Positions 11,151 through 21,565 of a DNA stretch of 64,000 nt are shown piece by piece. The translations under genes were made by a program, and so were the position numbers. The stretch is from an uncultured delta proteobacterium (GTDB taxonomy: Bacteria; Myxococcota; Myxococcia; Myxococcales; Myxococcaceae), in the NCBI GenBank assembly GCA_963771175.1, contig CAVYSY010000001.1, forward strand, positions 64,001 to 128,000. Direction: 5' to 3'. The notes beneath the pieces were generated by a model, which made no database searches, was not told where the DNA came from, and saw only the letters and a program-made list of their open reading frames with translations. Numbering within the stretch: the first letter of the stretch is position 1; each line of letters starts with the position of its first letter.

Positions 11151-11539
11151 ATGGCTCGCAAGATCGTCCACTCCGACGACGCCCCCAAGGCGATCGGCCC
11201 CTACTCGCAGGCGGTGCAGGTGCACGCCGGGAAGATGACCTTCCTGTCCGGGCAGATCCCGCTGGACCCCAAGACGATGGAGATGGTCGAGGGCGACGTG
11301 GTGGCCCAGACCGAGCAGGTGATGAAGAACCTGCAGGCGGTGCTCGAGGCCGGCGGGCCTCGACTTCGACCACGTCGTGCGCTGCGGCATCTTCGTCACC
11401 GACCTGGCGGACTTCGCCAAGGTGAACGAGGTGTACGGCCGCTACTTCAAGGGCCCGCCCCCGGCGCGCGCCACCGTGCAGGTCGCGGCGCTGCCGCGCG
11501 GCGTGCAAGGTGGAGATCGACGCCATCGCCGTGGCCTGA
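11151..11539 (+). CDS. ridA: RidA/YjgF/UK114 family enamine/imine deaminase (frameshifted)
   Basis: APKAIGPYSQAV, SGQIPLDP, VNEVY..PARATVQVAALP, VEIDAIA. Confidence 0.9.
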
Positions 11540-11566
11540 GCCGCGCGCCCGCAGCGCCGTAAAGAG

Positions 11567-11605
11567 CGAAGGCCGCCGGAACCCGCTTGGGTCCGACGGC
11601 CTTCG
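11567..11605. terminator. GC-rich hairpin between convergent ridA and dsbA-like genes (likely bidirectional terminator)
   Basis: CGAAGGCCG...ACCC-GCTT-GGGT...CGGCCTTCG inverted repeat. Confidence 0.6.
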
Positions 11606-11626
11606 TGCTTCAGGGGAGCGCGGGGA

Positions 11627-13617
11627 CTACTTCTGGTCGCGGCGCGACCGCGCCGCCGGCCTTGCTTCAGCTCGTCGTCGATGACGCGCCTTGAAGGCGT
11701 CGAAGGGCTGCGCGCCCACGAGCTGGCGGCCGTTGATGAAGAAGGTCGGGGTGCCGTTGGCGCCCAGGCGCGTGCCCTCGCTGGGAGTCCGCGCGTGATC
11801 TGCGCCTCGAACTTGTTCGAGTCGAGCGCGGCCTTGAACTTGCCCATGTTGAGGCCCAGCTCCTGCGCGTAGCTCTCGAGCGAGGCGCGGTCGAGCGCCT
11901 GCTGGTTGGCGAACAGCTTGTCGTGGATCTCCCAGAACTTGCCCTGCTCGTTGCGCGGCCAGGGCGGCCCGGCGGCCGGCTTGGCGTTGTTGTGGAAGGG
12001 CAGCGGCTGGTTCTTGAAGGCCACGCTGCATCTTGCCCTTGTACTCGTCCTCGATCTGCTTGAGCGTGGGCACCACGCGGCCGCAGAACGGGCACTGGAA
12101 GTCGGAGAAGGCCACGATGGTGACGGGGGCGTTCTTCGGGCCCTTCACCGGCGCGTTGCCGACCTCGATGTTCTGCACCGCGCGGCTCGGCGGGAGCCTC
12201 GGGCCGGCGGCCGGCGGGAGCCGGCTTGAGCGCCCTCGGCTCGATGAGCTTCTCGTAGAGGTCGTCGAGCCTTGGTGCCCGCGGCGAGCAGCTGTCGGCC
12301 TTGGCGATCTCCTCGTCGATGATCTTCTTGAAGCTCTCGAACGGCTGCGCGCCCACGAACTCGCGGCCGTTGATGAAGAAGGTCGGGGTGCCGTTGGCGC
12401 CCACCGCGTTGCCGGCGGCGCGAGTCCGCCTCGACGCTTCGCTGCGGAACTTGCCGCGAGTCGAGCGCGGCCTTGAACTTGCCCATGTTCAGGCCGAGCT
12501 CCTGCGCGTACTTCTCGAGGGTGGCGCGGTCGAGCGCCTGCTGGTTGGCGAAGAGCTTGTCGTGCATCTCCCAGAACTTGCCCTGCTCGTGGGCGGCCAT
12601 GGCGGCCTCGGCGGCGAGCTTCGCGTTGTGGTGGAAGGGCAGCGGCTGGTGGCGGAAGACGACGCGCACGTCCTTGCCGTAGGTCTCCTCGATCTGCTTG
12701 AGCGTGGGCATCACGCGGCTGCAGAACGGGCACTGGAAGTCGGACCACTCGACGATGGTGACCTTGGCGTTCTTCGGGCCGCAGGAGCGGGGCGTCGGCC
12801 GGGACGTCCACCTTGCGGTACCGCGGGCTGGCCGGGGCCTCGGCCTGCTGCGCGGGCTGCTGGGGGCGGGGCCTCGACGCCCTTGGCGAGGATGGCGGCG
12901 TACACCTGGCTGGCCGGGGTGCCGGCGCTTCACCAGCGCCTCGGCCTTGCCGAGCTCCTCGTCGATGATCGCCTTGAAGTTGTCGAGCGGCTGCGCGCCG
13001 GAGAGGAAGCGGCCGTTGATGAAGAAGGCCGGGGTGCCGCTGGCGCCGAGCTTGCCAGGCCAGGGCCTGGTCACGGTCGATGACTGGCCGAGTGCTTCGG
13101 GTCGGCCATGGCCGCCTTCCAGCGGCCACGTCGAGGCCCAGCTCCTTGGCGTACTTCTCCAGGTCGGCGTCCTCGAGCGCGCTTGGGTTGGCGAAGAGCT
13201 TGTCGTGCATCTCCCAGTACTTGCCCTGCTCACCGGCGGCGAGCGCGCCAGCGCGGCGGGCTTGGCGCGCGGGTGGAAGGACAGCGGGTTCTGCTTCATG
13301 ACCACGCGCAGCTTGTTGCCGTAGTCCTTCTGGAGCTGCTGCACGGTGGCGTTGGCGCGGGAGCAGAAGGGGCACTGGTAGTCGGAGAACTCGACCAGCG
13401 TGACGAGCGCGTCCGCGTTGCCCTTGGTGGGCGAGCCGTCGACGGGCACCTTGAAGACGGTGGGGTCCACCGGCCGGGCGTTCGGCCGGGGCGCGTTGGC
13501 GGCCGCCGCGGGCTTGTTGCCGGTGGGGGCGTCCGCCGAGGAGCCGTTGACTGCACGGCCGCCGGCGAAGCCCAGCACCAGGCCCACCACCAGGGCCACG
13601 ATCACATTGGGTCTCAT
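11627..13617 (-). CDS. Membrane-anchored protein with three tandem DsbA/thioredoxin domains (many frameshifts)
   Basis: N-terminal TM MRPNVIVALVVGLVLGF; three SD(Y/F)QCPFC motifs, each followed by a GTP(A/T)FFING cis-Pro loop. Confidence 0.88.
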
Positions 13618-13846
13618 GGGTTTGTTGTGCTCCTTCGACATCTGGTCCGAGTGCGGATCCGCGCTTGTGCTCATAGGTTCAAAAGGCTCAAAAAGGTCGG
13701 GCTAGATAACAGAGCCCGTTCCGAGCACGCAAGGAGACGCAGGCGTACCCGTCCTGGGCATGACAGGACCCAGGGCCCCGAAAACACGATGGTTTTTGGG
13801 GAAAATTCCCCCGGCACGCTGCTCGCTCCGCGCCTACACTGAGGCC

Positions 13847-14086
13847 ATGCAGCCGGACGTGCGCGTGGATGCGTCGGGAACGTATTGCCCCGTTCCCATC
13901 CTGGAGATCGCCAAGGCGGTGCGCCGGCTGGTGCCGGGCACGCTGGTGGAGCTGGTGGCCACCGACCCCGGAGTGCAGGCCGATCTGCCCGCGTGGTGCG
14001 AGGCCACCGGCCATGCCCTGCTCGGCCTGGAGCGGCGCGGGGCGGCCTGGGTGGCCTGGATCCGCACGGTGGGCGGAGGGGCATGA
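13847..14086 (+). CDS. tusA: TusA/SirA family sulfur-carrier protein
   Basis: VDASGTYCPVPIL (CPxP), VATDPG..D.PAWC...GH; 79 aa. Confidence 0.85.
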   Translation: MQPDVRVDASGTYCPVPILEIAKAVRRLVPGTLVELVATDPGVQADLPAWCEATGHALLGLERRGAAWVAWIRTVGGGA

Positions 14087-14187
14087 GAGGGGACTGGCAA
14101 CCATCAGCCCCGTGGTGACCCGAGCCGCCCCGGAGTTTCACCGGGGATTTTCTCGGGGATTTCCCGCCGCTTCCGGGCGGGGGCTCG

Positions 14188-15102
14188 TCAGAGGAGCTGA
14201 AGCACCCGCTCCTCGAGCCGGCGGCCGCGCGAGACGCCCAGGATGAGCACCCCCGTCTGCAGCAGGTGCCCCACCACGCGGCTGATGACCTCCTCGGGCT
14301 GGTGGGCCTTGCCGTCATAGCGGACGTGGAGGACGTTCTCGTTCTCCATGCGCGCGGCGGTGACGCCCGGCATGGACTCGAGCTCCGGCACGATGACGGT
14401 GCCGCGGGCCACCTGGACGCGGAACTCGGCCGTCTGGCTGGTGAGCTCGGCCATGGTGCCGGCCTGGGCCAGCTTGCCCCGGTCGAGGATGGCCGCCGCG
14501 TCGCACAGCTCCTCCAGCTCCTGGAGGTTGTGGCTGGAGACCACCACCGTCTGATGCTGGCCCCGGATGTCGCGGATGACCTGGCGCACCTGGGCGGCGA
14601 TGCGCGGGTCCAACCCGGCGGTGGGCTCGTCGAGCAGCACCAGCGGCGGCCGGCCCATGAGGGCCTGCGCCATGGCCGCGCGCTTGGCCATGCCGTGCGA
14701 CAGCGCGTGCGTCTCCACGTTCCAGGCCTCCATCAGGCCCACCTTGTCGAGCGCCTCGCGCGCCTCGGTCTCGGGCTTGTCCAGGCCGCTCAGCCGCGCC
14801 CAGTACATGAGGAGCGCGCCCACCTTCCAGCCGCCGGGCAGCACCGCGTCCTGGGGCAGCGCGCCCACCTTCCCCTTGAGGGCTCCGTCCACGGACGGGT
14901 CCACCCCCATCACCCGCACGGTGCCGCCAGTGGGGTAGAGGTAGCCGCACATCATGGAGAAGGTGGTCGTCTTCCCGGCGCCGTTGGGCCCGATGAGGCC
15001 GTACACCTGGCCCCGCTCGACGGTGAAGCTCACCCCGTCCACCGCCACCTTGGGGCCGAAGCGCTTGGTGGCGTTGATGATGTCGATGGCCAGCTCGCTC
15101 AC
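14188..15102 (-). CDS. ABC transporter ATP-binding protein
   Basis: Walker A GPNGAGKTT, LSHGM signature variant, LLDEPTAGLD, SSH; GTG start overlaps the permease stop (GTGA). Confidence 0.92.
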   Translation of the reverse strand: MSELAIDIINATKRFGPKVAVDGVSFTVERGQVYGLIGPNGAGKTTTFSMMCGYLYPTGGTVRVMGVDPSVDGALKGKVGALPQDAVLPGGWKVGALLMYWARLSGLDKPETEAREALDKVGLMEAWNVETHALSHGMAKRAAMAQALMGRPPLVLLDEPTAGLDPRIAAQVRQVIRDIRGQHQTVVVSSHNLQELEELCDAAAILDRGKLAQAGTMAELTSQTAEFRVQVARGTVIVPELESMPGVTAARMENENVLHVRYDGKAHQPEEVISRVVGHLLQTGVLILGVSRGRRLEERVLQLL

Positions 15103-15987
15103 AGGTCCCTCGCGCGCAGGACGAAGAGGGCGGCGCCGAGGAACACCAGCGCGAAGGCGGCATAGGCCGCGCCACTCACCGCGAACTCGGCGAACCGCGG
15201 GTGCAGCAGGTTGTTGGCGTAGTGCGGAGGGGGTCAGGTAGCGCAGGTACCGCACCGGGCTCCCCTCGTCGGCGAGGCCGCCAATCAGGTTCACCAGCCA
15301 GAAGCCGAACAGCATGAAGATGTTGAAGATGAGGCTCATCGCGGGCGAGCGGAACAGGCTGGAGCAGAAGGTGGTGAGCGCCAGGTACGCCAGCGAGAAC
15401 ACCACCGCCGCCAGCCAGAACTTCAGCAGGTTGAGCGCGAAGGACGCGGCGGCGAAGTCCGGCGTGGTGAACCAGGCGTAGACGAAGATGGCCAGGTCGA
15501 TGATGAGCACCAGCCCCAGCAGCACCGTGGCCTGGGACAGGAACTTGCCCAGCAGCAGCGACGAGCGCCGCGCGCGCACGGTGAGGTAGCGGATGGAGCG
15601 CGGACCCACCTCGCCGCTCACCTGGTCGAAGCCCATGATGGCGACGTAGAGGGGCAGGAAGAAGAGGGTGACCTTGAAGACCACCAGCACCACCAGCGGC
15701 ACCTGCCCGAGTGCCTCCATCATGGCCTGATCGCCTCCCACGAGGAACCCGAGGAAGCCCTTGCGCATCTCCTCGGCCACCTGGGTACCCGCGCTGGCGT
15801 CGGCGCCGACCTGGGCGAGCTGCGCGTCCACCTGCTCGCGCAACGTCTTCGTGATGCCGCCCACCACCAGCAGCACCAGCAGCGAGAACATGCTGTAGAG
15901 CCCGAGCAGCGCCACCACGCGTGCGCTGCGCACGGTGCGGCGGCTCTCGGCGCTCCAGATCACTGCGGTCTCATTCAATCCATTCAA
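15099..15987 (-). CDS. ABC-2 type transporter permease (frameshift near 15225)
   Basis: Multiple TM helices; GFDQVSGE..RSIRYL..RAR..LLGKF ABC-2 motif. Confidence 0.85.
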
Positions 15988-16128
15988 GGCGGGTGGAACC
16001 TATCGGGACCAGGAGGGGCTCGCCAGGTTTCTTGCTCTCCAGGGGAACTCACGCCGAGGGAATGGACGTCCCGTCCTGGGCGGGTACCATGCTCGCCCCC
16101 TCACCTCTCACCCGCGCGACGGTTCCGC

Positions 16129-17578
16129 ATGTCTCTCTCCCGTGCCCTTCCCGCCACGCTGCTCCTTCCCCTGTTCCTCCTCCTCGTCGGCGCGGACGAG
16201 GGGGGCTCGGATGCGGGGACGGCGCCGGTGGCCGAGGCCTCCCTCCCGGATGCCGGGCTGGCGGACGGCGGCGTGGCCGAGGCGGCGGTCGCCACCGATG
16301 GTGGGGTGATGTTGGGGCTCGTTCCGCCCGTGCCGGTGCCCTCGCGCGAGGACAACCCGCCCATCGCCCGCCTGCGTCCGCTTCCGTCCAAGCAGGACGT
16401 GCTCGCCAGGGCGAAGCGCGATGCGCAGGGCCGGCTGGTGGTGCCCGGACCCCAGGGCGACGTGCCGCTGACCATCGACCCGACCCTCCAGTCGCAGCTC
16501 ACCGGCATCCTCCAGCTGTACCAGGTGCCCTTCGGGGCGGTGGTGGTGCTGGAGTCCGTCCACGGGCCGTGTGCTGGCCATGGCCGAGCACTCGCAGTCG
16601 CAGCCGGGGCTGCGCGGGCTGGCCACGCGCGCGGTGTTCCCCGCGGCGAGCATCTTCAAGATCGTCACCGGCGCCGCGCTGCTGGAGGCCGGTGTCACTC
16701 CCGTGGATGAGACGTGCTTCCATGGTGGCAAGCGGCGGCTCTCCGAGAAGCTGCTGGAGGACAGCGAGCGGGACGGCCAGTGCCACTCGCTGGCCGAGGC
16801 CATGGGCAAGAGCGCCAACGTCGTCTTCGCCAAGCTGACGCAGCGTTACCTGTCGCCCGAGGCGCTGAAGCGCGCGGCCGCCCGCTTCCACTTCAATCGG
16901 GAGATCTCCTTCCCGGTGCCCACGGACGTGTCGCTCGCCGCCGTGCCGGACAGTGACGAGTTCCGCTTCGCCCAGACGGGCGCGGGCTTCGGGGATGTGT
17001 ACCTCTCGCCGCTGCACGGCGCGCTGCTGGCATCCGTGGCGGCCAATGGCGGTGTCTGGAAGAACCCCGTTCTCTTCGATGACGCGAACGCACAGCCCCA
17101 GACAGGCGAGCAGGTGCTGGCGCCCGAGGTGGCGCGCGACCTGACGACGCTGATGGAGGCCACGGTCACGAAGGGGACCGCGCGCCGCATCTTCCGCGAG
17201 CGCGGCATGGGCGTGCCGGGCGCGGTGGGCAAGACGGGCACGCTGGCGGATCGCAAGCCCTTCCGGGACTACTCGTGGTTCGTGGGCTTCGCGCCCAAGG
17301 ACAACCCCAAGGTGGCGGTGGCGGCCGTCATCGTCAACGAGCCGCTCTGGCGCATCCGGGCCACGTGGCTCGGCCGCGAGGCCATGCGTCTGGGCCTGGC
17401 CCGCCTGCCGCCGGGTTCCCTGGTGGTTCCGGCCAAGGAGGAGCCGCCCGAGCCCCAGGAGGAGATGCCCTCGGACGAGGAGTCCTCGGAGGAAGAGTCC
17501 TCGCCCGCGCAGGAGATGGCTGGGACGCCCACGGAGGTACAGGCACCGGCCTCGAAGGCCTCGACCACCGGGCCCTGA
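16129..17578 (+). CDS. Penicillin-binding protein, transpeptidase domain (frameshift near 16555)
   Basis: Signal/TM; LTIDPTLQ; SxxK (ASIFK), SxN (SAN), KTG(T) motifs; acidic C-terminal tail. Confidence 0.88.
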
Positions 17579-17587
17579 GTCGGGAGG

Positions 17588-18205
17588 TCAGCGGCTGAGG
17601 CCCAGGCGCTCGAGATCTCCTGGTGTGTCGACATCGAGGAGTCCCTCGGCGAAGGGCACGAGACCCAGGCGGGCCTGGTGGTGCATCAGGAGCGGTTTGG
17701 CGCCCTGGTGTCCGCTCTGTGTGAGGAGCCCGGGAAGAAGCTCCGCCGCGAACGCCGCGGGCACTCCGAAACCCCCGTCTCCACCGTAGGCACTGGCGGC
17801 GGCGGGATGGCCTCGCGCGACGCACTCCACGAGCGCGCGAAGGTGCTCCGGCGTGACGAAGGGTTGATCACACAGCATGAGCACGGCCGGCTCTTCCTGG
17901 GGGCGGGAGGCGTCGGCGAGCAGGGCCTCGATGCCGGTGCGTAGCGAGCTGCCCGGCCCCTCGGCCCACCCGGCGTTGAACGCGATCCGGACGCGCGCCT
18001 CGCTCAGCGCCTCCGCCACGGCCTCGCCACACGCTCCCGTGACGACGATGATGCTCCGGGCCCCGCTCTCGTGCGCCACGCGCGCGGCGCGGCACACCAG
18101 TGGCTCCCCTTCGAGACGCACGAGCTGCTTCGGCGAACCGAGGCGTGACGAGCCGCCAGCGGCGAGCACGACGACCGAGAAGGGCGGCGAGCCCGGGGGG
18201 CTCAT
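17588..18205 (-). CDS. mocA: Molybdenum cofactor cytidylyltransferase (MocA-like NTP transferase)
   Basis: VVLAAGGSSRLGSPKQL, LCDQPFV, DVDTPGD; in operon with xdhC and the Mo subunit. Confidence 0.85.
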   Translation of the reverse strand: MSPPGSPPFSVVVLAAGGSSRLGSPKQLVRLEGEPLVCRAARVAHESGARSIIVVTGACGEAVAEALSEARVRIAFNAGWAEGPGSSLRTGIEALLADASRPQEEPAVLMLCDQPFVTPEHLRALVECVARGHPAAASAYGGDGGFGVPAAFAAELLPGLLTQSGHQGAKPLLMHHQARLGLVPFAEGLLDVDTPGDLERLGLSR

Positions 18206-19338
18206 GCGCTCTTCCTGCTCATCACCTCACTGGCCTCGCTCGCCTCGGTCAGGTGGATGGGCCCGTCATGCTGCCGGAGGTGGACACCCTCGCTCCGCGA
18301 GAGCACGGACTGGATCTCCGCGACGATCGAGAGGGCGATCGCCGCCGGCGTGTCACCGCCGAGCCTGAGCCCCACCGGACTGTAGAGACGCGCGCGCTGC
18401 TCGGAGGTCGGCACGAACTCATCCGCCAGCTCGCGCAGCAGTTGCTCGCCCCGGCGCTTGGGGCCGAGCAGCCCGACGTAGGCCACGTCCAGCTTCAGGA
18501 GCATGGGCAGCAGGCGGAGATCGGCGAAGTAGTTGTGGGTCATCACCACCACGGCCGAGTGGCCCCCGGTGGGCACGTGCGCGGCGGCGGTGTCGGCATG
18601 GGCGTGCAGCACGCGCTCGGCGCCCGGAAAACGTGCCGGATCGCAGTACGCCGGCCGGTGGTCGATCACCGTCACGCGCCAGTCGAGCTGACGCGCCATC
18701 GCGACGAGCGGCACCGCGTCCGGGCCCGCGCCAAAGACGGTGAGATGGAAGGCGGGCGGTACGAGGTCCACGAAGCACTCGACGTTGCCTTCTGGCAGGT
18801 GCACCGTCCGGATCAAGGTGGTCCCCGTCCCGAGCGCTTCCTGGGCGAATCCGCGCGAGGCCTCGCGCAGGCCGGAGTCGCCCTCCACCTCCAGGATGCT
18901 GCCGAGCTGACGTTCGAGCGCGGGAGCGGCGGCGAAGGCGGTGACGATCGCCTTCGGCGCCGGACCGGCGTTCATTCCACAGAGCAGACGCCGGGTGTCC
19001 GCGTCCAGGCGCCAGGGCTCGATCCTCTCGAGCAGGATGTCGAGAGCGCCCCGGCACCCGAGGCCGAAGCCCACCATGCCGTCATGCTCGCCCGTCATGT
19101 CGAAGAAGAGGCGACGCGAGAGGCCCGTGGTGAGCACCTCGCGCGCCGCCTTCGCGATCTGCGGTTCGAGACATCCGCCGCTGATCAACCCGACGGGCAT
19201 GCCCCCCGGTGTGATGAGGAGTCGCGCCCCGGCCCGGCGGTAGGTCGAGCCACTCGTGCGGACCAGCGTCCCCAACACGAGCGGCTCACGGGCCGCGACG
19301 GCCTCCTCCATCACGGTGAGGAGCTCACTGCTACTCAC
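18202..19338 (-). CDS. xdhC: XdhC/CoxI family Moco sulfuration/insertion chaperone
   Basis: GSTYRRAGA, ISGGCLE, GLGCRG, VFGAGPDA, VVMTHNY, YVGLLGP, SPVGL; GTG start overlaps the upstream stop. Confidence 0.9.
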   Translation of the reverse strand: MSSSELLTVMEEAVAAREPLVLGTLVRTSGSTYRRAGARLLITPGGMPVGLISGGCLEPQIAKAAREVLTTGLSRRLFFDMTGEHDGMVGFGLGCRGALDILLERIEPWRLDADTRRLLCGMNAGPAPKAIVTAFAAAPALERQLGSILEVEGDSGLREASRGFAQEALGTGTTLIRTVHLPEGNVECFVDLVPPAFHLTVFGAGPDAVPLVAMARQLDWRVTVIDHRPAYCDPARFPGAERVLHAHADTAAAHVPTGGHSAVVVMTHNYFADLRLLPMLLKLDVAYVGLLGPKRRGEQLLRELADEFVPTSEQRARLYSPVGLRLGGDTPAAIALSIVAEIQSVLSRSEGVHLRQHDGPIHLTEASEASEVMSRKSA

Positions 19339-21563
19339 GCCTTGCCCCCGGGGAGCTTGTGGTTGCTGATCGGCAAGGTGCGGATGCGCTTGCCCGTCGC
19401 GGCGAAGAGGGCATTCGTCACCGCGGGCGCGATGGGCGGGGTGCCGGGCTCTCCGACGCCACCGGGCTCGGCGCCGCTCTCGACGATCTCCACGGCGATC
19501 TCCGGCATCTCGAGGGGAGCCAGCATCGAGTAGTCGTGGAAGTTGCTCTGCTCGACGCGCCCGTTGCTCAGGGTGATCTGTCCCCGCAGCGCCGCGGAGA
19601 GCCCGTAGACGACGCCGCTCTCCATCTGCGCGACGATCGTGTCGGGGTTGACGTACCGGCCGCAGTCCACCGCGACCCAGACCTTGTGGACGGTCGGCTG
19701 GCCGCTCTCGGAGACCGACACCTCGGCCACCTCGGCGACGATGCTCCCGAAGCTCTCTGCGATGGCGATGCCGCGGAACCGGCCGGCCGGCGCCGGAGTC
19801 TCCCAGTTGGACATCCGGGCCACGGTGTCGAGCGCCTGGACGAAGCGCGGATGCGACTTCTCCAGCAGGGCGCGGCGGTACTTGTAGGGGTCCTGCTTCG
19901 CCGCGTGCGCCATCTCGTCGATGAAGCTCTCCAGGTAGAACGCGTTGTGCGAGCTGCCCACCGAGCGCCAGAAGCCCACCGGCACGCCGGTGTCGACGAT
20001 CGCCGCCTGGATGGTCTGGTTCGGGCACTCGTACTTGATGTCGCTCAGGCCCTCGACCGTCGTCATGTCGATGCCGCTCTTGCCGACGCCGCCGAAGAGC
20101 GTCCAGCGGCTCATGATGGACGGGCCGGCGATGGTCGCCTTGAAGGCGACGGGCTGCCCCTTCTCATCCAGCCCGGCCTTCATCTTCACGAGGCTGGCCG
20201 GCCGGTAGAAGTCGTGCTGCACGTCCTCCGGCCGCGACCAGATGAGCTTGACGGGCTTGCCGACCGCCTTCGAGGCCTCGATGGCCTGGAGGACCACGTC
20301 GTTCTCCGCTCGCCGGCCGAAGCCGCCACCCAGGTAGGTCGTGTGGACGACGATCTTGTCCTGGGGCACCTTCGTGTGGTTCGTGACGACGAACTTCGTG
20401 AGGGTGTGGCTCTGCGTGCCCGTCCAGATCTCGATGCCCTCCGGCGTGACGTGCGCCGTGCAGTTCATCGGCTCCATCGGCGTGTGGGCCAGGAAGGGCG
20501 TCGAGTACTCGGCCTCGAGCTTCTTCTTGGCCTTGCTCAGCACCTTGTCGGGCTCGCCCTTGGTGGCCGCGACCGGGAGCTTCTTGCCGCCCGTGGCGGC
20601 GCGCAGCTTCTTCTCGATCGCCGCCGAGGACAGGCCGGTCGTGACGCCCTTCGTCCACTTGAGGTCCAGGCCCTCGAGGACCGTCTTCGCCTTCCACCAG
20701 CCATCCGCGACGGCGATGACGGCACCGGCGACCTTCACCAGCGTGGTGCCCTCGGGCATCGCCTTGGCCAGCACTTCGAAGTTGGCGCACTCCCCGCCGA
20801 AGACGGGCGAGTGGCGCACCGCCGCGTAGCGCATGTCCGGGACGACGACGTCGATACCGAAGAGCGGCTTGCCCGCGACCTTGGCGGGCGTGTCGAGCCG
20901 CTTCATCGGCTTGCCGACGAACTTGTACTCGGAGGGGGCCTTGAGCTTCGGCTCCTTGGGGATGGACTCGGCGGGCAGCGCGGCGGCGGCGGTGGCGAGC
21001 TCTCCGTAGCTGGCCTTACGGCCGCTCGCGGCGTGGACCACCGAGCCCTGGTCGGCGCGGCAGGTCTCCGCCTTGACGCCCCACTTCTGGGCGGCGGCGG
21101 CGATCAGCAGGTGGCGCGCGGTGGCGCCGATGCGCTGGAGGATTCCCCAGGTGGTCCGCACGCTCATGCTGCCACCGGTGATCTCGAAGGGCGCGCCGGT
21201 GTAGTTGAACTCGGCGGCCGAGGGCGCGGGCTCCACGCGCACCTTGGACCAGTCGGCGTCCAGCTCCTCGGCGATGAGCATGGGCATCGCCGTGAAGATG
21301 CCCTGGCCCATTTCGCTCTTCGCCACGTAGATGGTGATGACGCCATCCGTGGCGATCCGCAGCCACGTGTTGAGCTTCGTTTCGGCGGCGGTGCCTCCGG
21401 CGGTAGCTCCGGTGGAGGCTCCGGCGAACGCCTCGGCGCGACGGTTCGGGTTGCCGGGCAGGTGGAAGCCGATGATGAGTCCCGCGGCCGTCGCGGCGCT
21501 CGACTGCAGGAGCGAACGACGGGAGAGGACCACCGGGCGCTCGTTCTTCGGATCGGACGTCAT
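19335..21563 (-). CDS. Xanthine dehydrogenase family molybdopterin-binding subunit (isoquinoline 1-oxidoreductase beta-like), Tat-exported
   Basis: Tat motif SRRSLLQ; SEMGQG, TGGSMS, LGGGFGRR, WRSVG, GVGEPG motifs. Confidence 0.92.
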   Translation of the reverse strand: MTSDPKNERPVVLSRRSLLQSSAATAAGLIIGFHLPGNPNRRAEAFAGASTGATAGGTAAETKLNTWLRIATDGVITIYVAKSEMGQGIFTAMPMLIAEELDADWSKVRVEPAPSAAEFNYTGAPFEITGGSMSVRTTWGILQRIGATARHLLIAAAAQKWGVKAETCRADQGSVVHAASGRKASYGELATAAAALPAESIPKEPKLKAPSEYKFVGKPMKRLDTPAKVAGKPLFGIDVVVPDMRYAAVRHSPVFGGECANFEVLAKAMPEGTTLVKVAGAVIAVADGWWKAKTVLEGLDLKWTKGVTTGLSSAAIEKKLRAATGGKKLPVAATKGEPDKVLSKAKKKLEAEYSTPFLAHTPMEPMNCTAHVTPEGIEIWTGTQSHTLTKFVVTNHTKVPQDKIVVHTTYLGGGFGRRAENDVVLQAIEASKAVGKPVKLIWSRPEDVQHDFYRPASLVKMKAGLDEKGQPVAFKATIAGPSIMSRWTLFGGVGKSGIDMTTVEGLSDIKYECPNQTIQAAIVDTGVPVGFWRSVGSSHNAFYLESFIDEMAHAAKQDPYKYRRALLEKSHPRFVQALDTVARMSNWETPAPAGRFRGIAIAESFGSIVAEVAEVSVSESGQPTVHKVWVAVDCGRYVNPDTIVAQMESGVVYGLSAALRGQITLSNGRVEQSNFHDYSMLAPLEMPEIAVEIVESGAEPGGVGEPGTPPIAPAVTNALFAATGKRIRTLPISNHKLPGGKA

Positions 21564-21565
21564 GG

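Noticed and set aside
8803..13617. Apparent pseudogenisation or programmed frameshifting of rel, ridA and the dsbA-like gene (also helicase, msrA, GDE, treZ, GSDH)
   Set aside because: Indels cluster in patches, mostly single-base, and hit conserved genes whose motifs are otherwise intact; best explained as sequencing or assembly error. No consistent slippery sites were seen.
14188..15987. 599-aa permease-ATPase fusion ORF
   Set aside because: Artefact of an indel near 15225; the natural GTGA stop/start overlap is at 15099-15102.
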